A DNA stretch of 64,000 bases from Candidatus Latescibacterota bacterium (GCA_965248265.1 CBDFJF010000001.1:1120001-1184000), one strand, 5' to 3'. Shown: positions 8,033 to 18,879, numbered from the stretch's first letter. Notes: generated from the letters alone by a model not told the origin. A program made the numbers and translations.

Positions 8033-9961
8033 ATGACCCAGTACACGCAGATCGATGCCACCGTACCCGTCGATGAACCACCCTCATGGGCGATTCTGCA
8101 ACGGCATCTCTTCGACTTGATGGAGGGCTCGTTGCAGCCCTTCCTCGACAAATACACCCACCCCGACGGTCGACTGATCTGGCGCGAGGGACAACACAAC
8201 AGTCGCGACGGTGCCGATGACTTCTACGAGAGCTTCTACAACTGGCCGACGCTCTATGCGCTGGGCGGAGGACAGCGCTGTCTCGAACTGGGCGACCGTC
8301 AATGGGATGCCACCACCCGCCTGATGGAAGAAATAGGCCACGTCTACAAGGAATACGAGATCGGCTACGATCAGTTTCACCAGTCGGAGAGCTACATCTA
8401 TTTCTACGCGCTGTGTATGGCCGACCCGAAGAACGCGAAGCAGATCGATCGCGCCCGGCGCTTCGCGGGCCTGTACCTGAATGAAGATCCGGAGGCTCAA
8501 AACTACGACTTCGACAAACGCATCATCCTCGCGTCCCATAATGGTAGCAAGGGACCGCGACCACACGAGGAAGGGTCTTCGTACGGATATTCACCGGGCA
8601 TGGCCGTGTACGGCTTACCCTATGAAGATGTCGAAGGGGTGTCCCGCATCGAGGATCTCAAGGATTCCAAGCTCGCGCGCCGCATGGGGGCGGCCATGGA
8701 AGAACGCATGAGCTGGGGCGATGTGCCCGCCAATCTCGGCGTCGTCTCAACCATCACGAATGCCTGGCTTGTGACGGGTGACGACAAGTACCGGAAGTGG
8801 GTCCTCGACTACGTCGGCGCCTGGGTCGAGCGCGCCCAGCAGAATGAAGGCCTCCCCCCCGATACCATCGGCCTCAACGGCGCAGTCGGCGAACACATCG
8901 ACGGCAAGTGGTACGGGGGCATGTATGGCTGGACCTGGCCGCACGGCTTCTACAACATCGGCATGGCCTGCACCGTGGCCGCCAGTTGCGCCTACCTGAT
9001 GAGCGGCGAGGATGGCTATCTCGACCTGCCCCGAGTCCTCATCGACCGTATGATGGACCTGGGGGAACAGCGCAAGCCCAACAAGAAGAAGATGAGTCTG
9101 TATCACCACTGGATTGGCGACTTCACTGCCATGGGCAAGAGGCGACGCAGTTTCATGGTCCCCCATCGCTACGCTGACTCCGGGTGGTTCGACTACCAGC
9201 CGATGATGGTGAACCTGCCGATGGCCCTGTTGAACATCACTGGCGCCGAAGAAGACCGCGCACGCATAGAGGGCATTCGCGAACTCGAGTCTTTCGAATG
9301 GGCCCACCATACCGCGTCGCGAGGAAAGGAGGACAACGGGCACGAGAAGCCCTGGCATGCCTATGTCTCGGGGTCGAACTCTGACTACCCGGAGCAGGCA
9401 CTGCGTGGCACCCTGTCGCAGGTCCATCACCGTATTCAACAGATCCGCGAGGACGAGACTGACCCGCGCGACAATCACATCCACTGGTGGCAACAACTGA
9501 ACCCGGTGACCACCGAGACCCTGGTACAGCTTACGCTTGGCGCACCTCAGATCATATACAATGGCGGATTGCTATTGGCACCGATTCGTCATTTCGACGG
9601 CGGCAACAGGAGACCAGGACTTCCGCCTGATGTCAGCGCCCTGGTGCATAGCGTGAAGAACAATCGCGTCGATCTGGAGCTGGTCAATCTCAACGCCTGG
9701 GACGACCGCATTGCCGTGGTGCAGGCCGGCAGCCTTGGCGAGCATCGGTTCACGTCAGTGAAGTACAAGCGCCTCTCGAGCCAGTACCCGGGACCCGTCG
9801 GCGCCTACCGGGCCGACCCGGTCAAGACCAAGACCCAACGCACAGATGTCTCCGGCCGATCGGTTGAGATCAACCTGCCGGCGGGTTCTCGAATCAGGCT
9901 GAAGCTGGGGTTGGAGCGTGGGGTGGGAACACCATCTTATCGGTTTCCCTGGGAGGATTGA
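8033..9961 (+). CDS. Conserved-looking hypothetical protein (642 aa), possibly a helical-barrel enzyme
   Basis: Long clean ORF with AAGGAG RBS; Trp/Tyr/His-rich motifs (DGADDFYESFYNWP, YDQFHQSE, GWTWPHG); no signal peptide. Confidence 0.7.
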   Translation: MTQYTQIDATVPVDEPPSWAILQRHLFDLMEGSLQPFLDKYTHPDGRLIWREGQHNSRDGADDFYESFYNWPTLYALGGGQRCLELGDRQWDATTRLMEEIGHVYKEYEIGYDQFHQSESYIYFYALCMADPKNAKQIDRARRFAGLYLNEDPEAQNYDFDKRIILASHNGSKGPRPHEEGSSYGYSPGMAVYGLPYEDVEGVSRIEDLKDSKLARRMGAAMEERMSWGDVPANLGVVSTITNAWLVTGDDKYRKWVLDYVGAWVERAQQNEGLPPDTIGLNGAVGEHIDGKWYGGMYGWTWPHGFYNIGMACTVAASCAYLMSGEDGYLDLPRVLIDRMMDLGEQRKPNKKKMSLYHHWIGDFTAMGKRRRSFMVPHRYADSGWFDYQPMMVNLPMALLNITGAEEDRARIEGIRELESFEWAHHTASRGKEDNGHEKPWHAYVSGSNSDYPEQALRGTLSQVHHRIQQIREDETDPRDNHIHWWQQLNPVTTETLVQLTLGAPQIIYNGGLLLAPIRHFDGGNRRPGLPPDVSALVHSVKNNRVDLELVNLNAWDDRIAVVQAGSLGEHRFTSVKYKRLSSQYPGPVGAYRADPVKTKTQRTDVSGRSVEINLPAGSRIRLKLGLERGVGTPSYRFPWED

Positions 9962-9974
9962 CAAGCGACGGCGT

Positions 9975-10940
9975 TCAGAACCCCGCCTTCTTGTCGCACA
10001 CATACGGAAAAGTCTCACCGTCGAGGAAACGCCTCAGGAACAGCTTGTAGAGTTCGCGGCGTCCCTCATAGGCCTCGGGCGTACGGAACGAGCAGTGGGG
10101 CGAGATGACGACGTTCGGCATGTTCCAGATATCATCAGGTGGAGTCTCACTGGTGACGTCCAACCCGGCTCCGGCGATGCGACCTGAGCGCAAATCCTGG
10201 TACAACGTCGGCTCGTCGATGATTCCCCCACGGGAGACGACGATGACGAACGACCCGTCCTTGAGCAACCTCATCCGCCGCCGGTCCACCATGCCCTCGG
10301 TTTCCACCGTCGAGGGTGCGGTGACGACGAGCCAGTCGGTCAACTCCAGCATGTCATCGAGACGGTCCGGCGTCCATACCGCCCTCACGCCCGGGATCGG
10401 GTACCACGAAGGCGGCGGTCGTTTGTCGACGGCGTACACCTCCATGCCGAACCCCTGCGCTCTCCGCGCCACGGCCTTGCCGATGTCCCCGAAACCCAGG
10501 ATGCCGATGGTGCTGCCGGCGACTTCGATGAGCTCACCACCGTACGAGCGGGTCCATTCGCGCTGCTTCTGATCCTCCCACAATTCGTGGATCCGGTGCG
10601 TGATCGTCAGGATCACGGCGAAGACATGATCGGCCATGGGTTCGGCGTTTGGCCCCTTGCTGTTCGTCAGCACCACATCGCTGTCGATGAGTTCGGGGAC
10701 CTTCTTCGGCACGCCGTTGATGCCGACTGCCGAGGTGTGGACCCAGCGCAGTTTGGTGGCTGCGCTGAACACGTCGGGAGAGGGTATTCCAAAGTAGCCG
10801 TCCGCATCCACGATCGCGATTAGGCGTTCTTCTTCTGTTTCTGCAGCCACGAACTCACCTTCGGGAAATTCCCTCTGGAGCTCTTCAGCCCATTCGGTGA
10901 TGCTCGGGCGATAGCAATCACTGGCGATAACGATTTTCAC
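9975..10940 (-). CDS. D-2-hydroxyacid dehydrogenase family
   Basis: GILGFGDIG, VSRG, AGLDV..E, ISPH. Confidence 0.9.
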   Translation of the reverse strand: MKIVIASDCYRPSITEWAEELQREFPEGEFVAAETEEERLIAIVDADGYFGIPSPDVFSAATKLRWVHTSAVGINGVPKKVPELIDSDVVLTNSKGPNAEPMADHVFAVILTITHRIHELWEDQKQREWTRSYGGELIEVAGSTIGILGFGDIGKAVARRAQGFGMEVYAVDKRPPPSWYPIPGVRAVWTPDRLDDMLELTDWLVVTAPSTVETEGMVDRRRMRLLKDGSFVIVVSRGGIIDEPTLYQDLRSGRIAGAGLDVTSETPPDDIWNMPNVVISPHCSFRTPEAYEGRRELYKLFLRRFLDGETFPYVCDKKAGF

Positions 10941-10953
10941 GACGGACTCCAGT

Positions 10954-12126
10954 TCAATCTTGCAAAATCCTCATTGCCGCGCTCTGACCCTCCACCAGAT
11001 CCGTCTTCACCCCCTGGGCAGCCAGTGCCACATTCATCGCGGATAGCAGCAACAGGATCTTCTCCGGCGAGGACGAGTATCCCATCAAACCCACGCGCCA
11101 GACCTTGTCCTTGAGCGCCCCCAACCCACCACCGATCTCCAGGTTGAAGTTACCCAACAGGGAACGCCGCAAAGCAACATCGTCCACGCCTTCGGGAATG
11201 CGAATCGTGTTCAACATCGGAAGGCGGTACTCAGAAGCCACGTGCATCTGCAGCCCCATCGCCTCGATTCCGGCCACCAGGGCGTGGTGGTTCTTCAAAT
11301 GCCGGGCGAAGCGATTCTGGATTCCCTCCTCATGGGTCAGGATGAGGGCCTCGAGCAGGCCGTAATTCAGCGCACTTGAACTGGTGTGGTGATAGCTGTG
11401 GGTATGGCCCCAGTACTCGTCCAGTAGTTGAATATCCAGGTACCAGCTGCGCACAGGCGTGGTGCGGGACCGCATCGCCTCAAGCGCCCGGTCGCTGAAG
11501 GTCACCGGCGACAACCCGGGTGGACAGCCAATGCATTTCTGACTGCAGCTGTAAGCCGCATCGATGCCCCACTCATCCACGTTTACGGCAACACCACCCA
11601 GTGAGGTCACCGTGTCCAGCAGTATCATCGCACCGTGGTCCTTCGCCAGGCGCGCGATATCATCCATCGGTTGCCGCACGCCGGTTGAGGTCTCCGCGTG
11701 AACGACCGTGATGACCTTGTAGTCATTCTGTTTGAACACCGCCTCAATCTTCTCGGTGTCACTCGGCTTTCCCCACTCCCCCTCGATGGCTGTCACCTCC
11801 GCTTCCTGGCGCTCGCACATCTGCCGGATGCGGTTTCCGAAATATCCATGGATGCAGCACAGAACCTTATCTCCGGGGCCGATCAGATTGGCCACGCAGG
11901 CCTCCATACCAGAGGTGCCGGTTCCGGGTGTGGCATTGGTAAGACGATTCTGCGTCCCGAACAGGGGTCGCAGCAATTCGGCCACTCGGTCGAGCACCTC
12001 GAGGTAGGCCGGGTCTAGGTGCCCGATCACCGGGGACGTCAGAGCCCGGTACACGGCGGGGTGGATTTCTGATGGCCCGGGTCCCATCAGTGTTCTCAGC
12101 GGAGCTGTTGGTCGTTCGAGGTTCAT
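10954..12126 (-). CDS. Alanine-glyoxylate/serine-pyruvate aminotransferase (class V PLP)
   Basis: LMGPGPS, GTGTSGME, VHAETSTG, DTVTSLGG, SCSQKCIG.PPG, WRVGLMG. Confidence 0.92.
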   Translation of the reverse strand: MNLERPTAPLRTLMGPGPSEIHPAVYRALTSPVIGHLDPAYLEVLDRVAELLRPLFGTQNRLTNATPGTGTSGMEACVANLIGPGDKVLCCIHGYFGNRIRQMCERQEAEVTAIEGEWGKPSDTEKIEAVFKQNDYKVITVVHAETSTGVRQPMDDIARLAKDHGAMILLDTVTSLGGVAVNVDEWGIDAAYSCSQKCIGCPPGLSPVTFSDRALEAMRSRTTPVRSWYLDIQLLDEYWGHTHSYHHTSSSALNYGLLEALILTHEEGIQNRFARHLKNHHALVAGIEAMGLQMHVASEYRLPMLNTIRIPEGVDDVALRRSLLGNFNLEIGGGLGALKDKVWRVGLMGYSSSPEKILLLLSAMNVALAAQGVKTDLVEGQSAAMRILQD

Positions 12127-12302
12127 TTTGTCTCTTCTTGCGAGAATTCGGACCGTTTCGCGGCACCTGTGGCGCGATCATGCAGAGCCATACACTATGC
12201 CTGCAGTGGCGCCAAGGCCAATTCCGGTCGCGGGCTTGTCCGCCATACTCTGGCACAACATATTAACCGGCACAAAACTGACCCCATGAGGAGGAGGGTA
12301 CC

Positions 12303-12962
12303 ATGGCACTTAGAATCAACGATGAAGCCCCGGACTTCACAGCCGACACGACGGAAGGCACCATTAATTTTCACGAGTGGATCGGAGACGGCTGGGCGCT
12401 CTTGTTTTCACATCCCAAGGATTTCACACCGGTGTGCACGACAGAGCTGGGCGCGGTGGCAGGCCTCAAGTCGGAGTTCGATAAGCGCAACTGCAAGATC
12501 ATCGGCATCAGTGTCGATGGTGTCGCCGACCACGAGAAATGGTCGAAGGACATCGAGGCATCTCAGGGCCACGCAGTCAATTACCCACTGGTGGGCGATC
12601 CGGAGCTCAAGGTCGTCAAAGCCTACGACATGCTACCGGCTGACGCAGGTGATACCAGCGAAGGCCGCACGCCGATGGACAATGCCACGGCGCGCTCAGT
12701 CTTCATCATCGGCCCCGACAAGAAGATCAAGGCAACCCTGACCTATCCGATGAGTACGGGCCGCAACTTCCATGAGATCCTGCGCCTGCTGGATTCCTGC
12801 AAGCTCACAGCCGAGAAGAAGGTGGCCACGCCGGCCAACTGGAAGCAGGGCGAGAAGGTCATCATCGCCCCGGCAGTATCGAACGAAGATGCGGAGAAGG
12901 TCTATCCGGACGGCTGGGAAACACCACTGCCGTACATCCGCATAGTGCCTCAACCAAACTAG
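12303..12962 (+). CDS. 1-Cys peroxiredoxin (Prx6 family)
   Basis: FSHPKDFTPVCTTE, YPMSTGRNF, ATPANW; GAGGAGG RBS. Confidence 0.95.
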   Translation: MALRINDEAPDFTADTTEGTINFHEWIGDGWALLFSHPKDFTPVCTTELGAVAGLKSEFDKRNCKIIGISVDGVADHEKWSKDIEASQGHAVNYPLVGDPELKVVKAYDMLPADAGDTSEGRTPMDNATARSVFIIGPDKKIKATLTYPMSTGRNFHEILRLLDSCKLTAEKKVATPANWKQGEKVIIAPAVSNEDAEKVYPDGWETPLPYIRIVPQPN

Positions 12963-13052
12963 TTTGTAGTAAGGATCATTCTACCGTGGTTCGCCTCGCT
13001 GTGACGTTCGTTCGCAGCGAGGCGTTCACGCGGGATCGTACTCTCCCTACCC

Positions 13053-15230
13053 TCAGCGCAGCAGCACCAGCTTTCTGGCTTCGATCCGCGTTCCGATCTG
13101 CATTTTATACAGATAAACCCCGGACGCCAGTTCGTGGCCGTCGGCGCTCCGGGCGTCCCAGGCCAGACTGTACACCCCGCGTTCCTGGAACCCATCAACC
13201 AGCGTCGCCACCGTTTGCCCGAGCAGGTCATACACGACCAACTCGACCTGAGCGTGTTCGGCCAGAGCGAAGCGAATGACCGTTTCGCCGTTGAACGGGT
13301 TGGGGTAGTTCTGCATCAGAGAACTCTCGCCTGGCAGCACGTCCGACTGGGTCCCATTTACCGCCGTCCTCACGGGCTCGTCAGCCACAGCCAGACGCAT
13401 CTGATCAAGGTAGAAGATCCCCGCAAAGTTGCCGGAGAAATCCACCGATTGGATCGGCTCATAGGCTACCACAGGCACATCAACGAGCTGCCAGTCGGGG
13501 ACAGACAGATCCACATGCTGCAGCAGATCGATGCTCACAGCAGGGGGCATCGACACGGTGAACGCAGAATGGTCGTCGACGTCCACATCGCCTGGTCTCA
13601 GCGCAAAGCGCAGCGCGTACCCGAATGGGTCCACGGCTTCTGATGGTTGATATGACACTTCCCAGTCGACCCTGTTGCGCTTCACCTGGAACTGGCCGGC
13701 GTGATCTCCGCTGAAAACGACATCGCCGTGGAGCAGGTTCGCCACTTCGACGCCACCCCCAGTTTGCATTCGCCAGGTGTCGGCCAGACCCTCATCCAGG
13801 ATCGGAATGTCGGTCGTTGGTGAGACCATGGCCGGCAACGGCTCCGGGGGCTCGTAGCCACTCAGCGCGTAGTTGCGGATGAACCGTTCGAGCTCAGGAG
13901 TCGGTCTGACTCGAGCTTCGTTCAGGATGAGAGCATTGCGCAGGCGGCCGAGCTCGAGATAAGTCTTGTAACCTTCCGGAATCCGTACATCCAGATCGGC
14001 GACATCCCCCAACCGCGTCTGCAAATCCCAGGGCAAGCCCTTCAGCAACTCCCGCAGGTCTTTGGTTGGAAAGGCTTCTTCCGGCGACGACGCAAGCTGA
14101 GCCAGCAACGCCCGCTGCTCGGGCGTGACGATCTCGATGCGGCCGACCATCACCCTCGTGAGCTCTACCGGCTCTGAAAATTCCAGCGGCAACAGATGAT
14201 CCGTCCATTGCTGCGGCACGAGGAAGAACAAACGCAGACCAGGTGTCTGGAAGTAGGCCGCTTCCCAGGTGTCCAGCATGGCATCCGCTTCATCGGCGAA
14301 CAACCCGTCATCGATCAACCCCGCCCGCATGGAGGCTCGCAGAAGTGAAAGATTGTGTGTTGAAAATTCATGCTCGGCGAAACGACCCGGCACACTGGCC
14401 AAGAGCTCGTCGGGAGTACCGTTCGCGACCAGGGCCCCGACCTCACGGAAGGCGCTGGTGCCGTCGCTGCGAATATGGGCAAGCCAACTCGAAGGGACGC
14501 TCAATGAGACGGGAAAGCCCAAGCCGGTATCCAGTTGAGGACGAATCTCCAGCGTGCTGCCGTCGTCGCCGCGACTGACCCGCAGCATCGATTCCACGTG
14601 GCCTACACCGCGATAGAACAGATATCTCTCAGCCTCTTGCTCAGGCGTCTCAACGAACGCGGCCTGCACCCGTCGGGGCGCCAGCCAAACATGCTCATCC
14701 GTCCGCGGCCCCTCCGCATCCACGCCAACTCGTAATCCTCTCCAGGTCAGACTGCCAATCGTGTTCTCGTCCATACCCCCCAGCCACTCTCGAACCCCGT
14801 CCGGCGTCTCCTCACGCTTCGTCAACCCCCGCGCCTGGACATCAGCTTGCGGATAGTACTCCGTCAACCAGCCGCCTCTGAAGCTCGCCTGTACATCCAG
14901 CTCCATCGGTTCGGCGAGTCCAGCAGGAGGATAGAAATACATAACTGGAGTTTCCAGACGCATGGTGGCGTCCGGGTGAGCCAGTGGAAAACCCTTGCCA
15001 AAGAGCATATTCGGCAGCTCAGTGGGCCAAACCAGCAGGTCGCTTCGAATGGTGTGAACGAAGTCGGGAACAGGCTCATCGTCCGTGTTGATGCCACCGA
15101 TGGAGTGCGCACCCTCGTCCTGAAGGGACGTAAACGTGCCCCATTCATGGACGACGAGGTTATCACCGGCCCGTAAAGAACCCGTGTGGAGGAAGATGAG
15201 GGCAGTCGACAGCGCGACAAGAAATTTCAT
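13053..15230 (-). CDS. Secreted multidomain protein: N-terminal VVHEWGTFTS domain, carbohydrate-binding-like domain, C-terminal FlgD-Ig/T9SS-like sorting domain
   Basis: Signal peptide MKFLVALSTALIFL..LRA; tail TAV..LP....LMQNYPNPFN...YDLLGQ.V..L...WDARS....ASGVYLY....KLVLLR. Confidence 0.8.
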   Translation of the reverse strand: MKFLVALSTALIFLHTGSLRAGDNLVVHEWGTFTSLQDEGAHSIGGINTDDEPVPDFVHTIRSDLLVWPTELPNMLFGKGFPLAHPDATMRLETPVMYFYPPAGLAEPMELDVQASFRGGWLTEYYPQADVQARGLTKREETPDGVREWLGGMDENTIGSLTWRGLRVGVDAEGPRTDEHVWLAPRRVQAAFVETPEQEAERYLFYRGVGHVESMLRVSRGDDGSTLEIRPQLDTGLGFPVSLSVPSSWLAHIRSDGTSAFREVGALVANGTPDELLASVPGRFAEHEFSTHNLSLLRASMRAGLIDDGLFADEADAMLDTWEAAYFQTPGLRLFFLVPQQWTDHLLPLEFSEPVELTRVMVGRIEIVTPEQRALLAQLASSPEEAFPTKDLRELLKGLPWDLQTRLGDVADLDVRIPEGYKTYLELGRLRNALILNEARVRPTPELERFIRNYALSGYEPPEPLPAMVSPTTDIPILDEGLADTWRMQTGGGVEVANLLHGDVVFSGDHAGQFQVKRNRVDWEVSYQPSEAVDPFGYALRFALRPGDVDVDDHSAFTVSMPPAVSIDLLQHVDLSVPDWQLVDVPVVAYEPIQSVDFSGNFAGIFYLDQMRLAVADEPVRTAVNGTQSDVLPGESSLMQNYPNPFNGETVIRFALAEHAQVELVVYDLLGQTVATLVDGFQERGVYSLAWDARSADGHELASGVYLYKMQIGTRIEARKLVLLR

Positions 15231-15393
15231 ATGTCCACCTCGAGTGAAGTGGCGGAGGACGATATACAATTGTACTTATTGATCGGACGATTTCCTAATT
15301 GCCTTGCACCAGTAAAAGCTTCATTGACACTGTATCCCCGCGTCCCATACTGTTGGGCATTATGCCTCCTGAAAATGAGCATGGCTTCCTGCG

Positions 15394-17907
15394 TTGACTC
15401 TCCGACAGCGGCGCTTATTTGTGCATCCTGGTCGTACTCCTCGGCATCTTGTTGGAATTGCCGCGTGTATTCTGCTAATTACGCCCCAATCGTGTCCGTC
15501 GAAACAACAGGCCGTTCATCCCGAACGCACGATGAAGGCGATATCGGCCGAGGGCGAGTCTCCCATCATCGACGGCGTCCTCGACGAGAAGATATGGCTG
15601 GGCGCCCCCGTGGCCACCGATTTCATCCAGAAAGATCCAACCATCGGCGAGCCTGCAACCGAGAAGACCACGGTGCAGGTCGTCTATGATGACAAAGCCC
15701 TGTACATCGGTTTGCAATGTTTCGACAGCGAGGCCGACAAAGTAGTACCTCGCCTCTCACGCCGGGACTATTCGATCGAACGCAACCAGATCAGCGTCAT
15801 GATCGACCCCCATCACGACCACCAGACCGGGTTCTACTTCATTGCCGGACCGTCCGGGTGGATAGCGGACGGCATCTTGTTCAACGATGCGAGCCAGGAC
15901 CAGGCCTGGGATGGAGTCTGGGAAGCCAGGACCTCCGTGCACGATGAAGGTTGGACCGTCGAATTCCGAATACCCTTCCATGTACTGCGCTTCAAGGCAA
16001 CCGAGGGCGAACAGACGTGGGGCTTCAACGTTCACCGCTGGATCGACCGCAAGTACGAATGGGATTACTGGGTGTTGATCCCGTATGAGGTTCAGGCGGA
16101 TGTGACCGTCTCCTGGTTCGGCCACCTCGAAGGCATAGAAGGCGTAGAACCGCCTGCGCACCTTGAAGTGCTTCCGTTTTCAGTCGGCCGCTCATCTTTC
16201 GTCCCCAAGAGTGCTGTTGAGCCCGACGGCCGCGATCTGTTCTCAACCATGGGCTTCGATCTGCGCTATGGCCTCACCCCCAACATCTCTGTCAATGCGA
16301 CGGTGAATCCCGACTTCGGCCAGGTCGAATCCGACCCGGCGGTCCTCAATCTGTCCGTATTCGAGACCTTCTTCGAGGAGCGCCGGCCGTTCTTTCTCGA
16401 AGGCAGTTCGATATTCGAGACGCCGGGATCCGGAATCAGCAGCACCGATTTCTCCACGAAACTGTTTCACTCACGTCGTATCGGCCGGCTACCGTCGCGA
16501 TTCTCGCCACCATCGGGAAGCAGCGTCCTCGACTCCCCTGACCGCACGACCATTATCGGTGCCCTGAAGGTGTCGGGTAAGACCGCCGGCAACATCTCAT
16601 TTGGGCTGCTCAATGCCGTAGCCGACGAGGAGTTCGGCAGCGCCGGGACCTCGTTGGCCAATGCGACCCGATTCCGTCTGGAGCCGTACACCAACTACCT
16701 GGTCGGGCGCGCACAGTATGACGTGATGACGCATTCGACCGTTGGCGCTACCCTTACTGCCGTGAACGGACAGGGATTCCCGTCCGCCTACGTCGGCAGC
16801 GCCGACGCCGACCTCAAGTGGCGCCAGAGCATGTACCGTGTGTACACGCGGATGTCGGGTAGTCGCACCGGTCCTGACGGCGATCGTTCGAACGGCTACG
16901 AGACCGTCGCCTTCTTCACCAAGAATTTCGGTACCTACCGTGGCAGGATCTACGCCGATGCTCGCTCTCGCGGCTTCGATGTCAATGATCTGGGCTTCAT
17001 GAGCCGCAACAATCGCATCCAGACTGGGGCACGGGGAGGTTACCAGCGCGATCAACCCTGGCGGTGGGCACGCCGATCCCGGTTGCGTACGAACTTCTGG
17101 TCACACTGGAACTTTGACGATGTCAACTTGAAAAGAGGCATCAACGTCGAAAGCTCTCATCTGCTCCACAATTTCTGGTGGATCTGGGCCGGCGTTGGGC
17201 GAGAATTCGAGGCTACCAGCGACCTCGAAACACGAGGTGGTCCGCTCATAGCGCGCCCCGGCTCGACGAACTACTGGATCGGATTCGTGACCGATCAGCG
17301 CAACCGCGCCGATGTCGAGATCGGATTCAACGGTGACCGTGGCCACGAAGGTCGCAACGATCGCAAGAGAATCGGTATTACCCCGAGCTTCCGGCCCATT
17401 CCAAACCTGCAGCTATCCTTCGCCCCAGCCTACCAGAAGGAGAGGAAGTTCGCGCAGTGGATTGACAACGTCGACGACGATGGCGATGGCACGGCCGACC
17501 ATATCGTCTTTGGTGAGCTCGACAACGATCTGTTCGACATCACCACGCGCGTGACCATGACCTTCCGGACCAACCTCAGTGTGCAGCTCTTCATGCAGCC
17601 GTTCGTCACCGTCGGTGACTACGGTGCCATCAAAGAGCTTGCGAGACCCGAATCCTACGAATTCACCACCTACGACGACTTGGGATACAATCCCGACTTC
17701 AGCTTCCGCTCACTGCGCAGCAATCTCGTCCTGCGCTGGGAATACCGCCTCGGCAGCACCCTGTTCTTCGTGTGGTCGCAATCGCGATCGCGATCCCTCG
17801 ACATCGACGACCCTTCCTTCGACGCCTGGAACGGATTGGGCAACAGCTTTACGGATGAAGGCGACAATGTGTTTCTGGTCAAGCTGAACTACTGGGTCGG
17901 CGGCTGA
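15394..17907 (+). CDS. CBM9-like + DUF5916 outer-membrane beta-barrel-type protein (start uncertain)
   Basis: PIIDGVLDEKIW, YDDKALYIG, EFRIPF, TVNPDFGQVESD, FETFFEERRPFFLEG, C-terminal FLVKLNYW. Confidence 0.8.
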   Translation: MTLRQRRLFVHPGRTPRHLVGIAACILLITPQSCPSKQQAVHPERTMKAISAEGESPIIDGVLDEKIWLGAPVATDFIQKDPTIGEPATEKTTVQVVYDDKALYIGLQCFDSEADKVVPRLSRRDYSIERNQISVMIDPHHDHQTGFYFIAGPSGWIADGILFNDASQDQAWDGVWEARTSVHDEGWTVEFRIPFHVLRFKATEGEQTWGFNVHRWIDRKYEWDYWVLIPYEVQADVTVSWFGHLEGIEGVEPPAHLEVLPFSVGRSSFVPKSAVEPDGRDLFSTMGFDLRYGLTPNISVNATVNPDFGQVESDPAVLNLSVFETFFEERRPFFLEGSSIFETPGSGISSTDFSTKLFHSRRIGRLPSRFSPPSGSSVLDSPDRTTIIGALKVSGKTAGNISFGLLNAVADEEFGSAGTSLANATRFRLEPYTNYLVGRAQYDVMTHSTVGATLTAVNGQGFPSAYVGSADADLKWRQSMYRVYTRMSGSRTGPDGDRSNGYETVAFFTKNFGTYRGRIYADARSRGFDVNDLGFMSRNNRIQTGARGGYQRDQPWRWARRSRLRTNFWSHWNFDDVNLKRGINVESSHLLHNFWWIWAGVGREFEATSDLETRGGPLIARPGSTNYWIGFVTDQRNRADVEIGFNGDRGHEGRNDRKRIGITPSFRPIPNLQLSFAPAYQKERKFAQWIDNVDDDGDGTADHIVFGELDNDLFDITTRVTMTFRTNLSVQLFMQPFVTVGDYGAIKELARPESYEFTTYDDLGYNPDFSFRSLRSNLVLRWEYRLGSTLFFVWSQSRSRSLDIDDPSFDAWNGLGNSFTDEGDNVFLVKLNYWVGG

Positions 17908-17980
17908 ACCACAGCATCCCGATCGATGAACTACCACAGATGTTGCTGATCGCGGGGAGAAAACGGTAGCAGTCACAGAC

Positions 17981-18865
17981 CTAATCTTCGGCCCAGGATC
18001 GCGCCAACCGGTACGCTCGGTACTTCGTCAGAACGAAGGCCAGAGCCATCAGGCCTATAATCCCGATCCACAAGAGAGTATATTCGGCCAGTAGACTCAG
18101 CACACTGAACTCAGCCAGCGTGTGCTGGGTCCATGCCTGATCAAATCCCTCACTTGACATCCCCAGTGTCAACGACATCGCCTGCTCAAAGGACCCGGTC
18201 CGGTCTGTTTCTTCAAGCAGATCAGCCCAGATCAATCCCCCTCCCAACTGGCGCAGGTACAGGACGGCACTCAGACTCTCGCTGTAAGCCCGGCGGGCTT
18301 CTGCCTCGGGAAAGGCCAACAGTGACTCAACCTCGAGCAGGGAATGGGTCCGGCCGGACAGCACCGCCAGGGCCAGATCCAGACTCTGGCGCAGTTGCCA
18401 CTCGCGCGCCAACCACATCGAGACCCCCTCGTCAAACCATCTCGGCAGAGCCGCGTGACCGGCGCCGCGAAAGAGAGCGATGTGGGCGAGTTCGTGCACG
18501 ATCGTTTGTCGGTAGATGCTTGGATCCGGCTGCTCCAGGTGTATGTAGATCTCGCCACGGCCTGGAATAGCACAGCCGGCTCCCCATTCAGGCAGGCGCC
18601 CTCCCGTCAGTTCACGGAAGACACCGCGATCGGCTGCCAGATAGAGGTCGACGGAATCGAGCAGACCGATCCTCAATTCCGCCCCAATGTGTGTCAGGGC
18701 CTCGTCGACGAGAGGTCTCAGCTGCCGGACCGCTGGGGCGTTCCGGGGTTCGAAGTGAATGCGCACCGGGCCGGCGACGTGGACCCGCCACTCCTGGGCC
18801 AGCGCCGAAGAGCAGGACCAAAAGCTCAAACACACTGAGATCCACCAGAGCCTGGGCCGAAACAT
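17981..18865 (-). CDS. Peptidase MA-like (gluzincin) protein with signal peptide and C-terminal TM anchor
   Basis: HELAH zinc motif, LPRWFDEG, AYSES; hydrophobic C-terminal helix. Confidence 0.8.
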   Translation of the reverse strand: MFRPRLWWISVCLSFWSCSSALAQEWRVHVAGPVRIHFEPRNAPAVRQLRPLVDEALTHIGAELRIGLLDSVDLYLAADRGVFRELTGGRLPEWGAGCAIPGRGEIYIHLEQPDPSIYRQTIVHELAHIALFRGAGHAALPRWFDEGVSMWLAREWQLRQSLDLALAVLSGRTHSLLEVESLLAFPEAEARRAYSESLSAVLYLRQLGGGLIWADLLEETDRTGSFEQAMSLTLGMSSEGFDQAWTQHTLAEFSVLSLLAEYTLLWIGIIGLMALAFVLTKYRAYRLARSWAED

Positions 18866-18879
18866 GGCAGGGTTGGATC

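Noticed and set aside
12249-12266. TGGCAC upstream of the peroxiredoxin as a sigma-54 promoter
   Set aside because: No GC at the -12 position.
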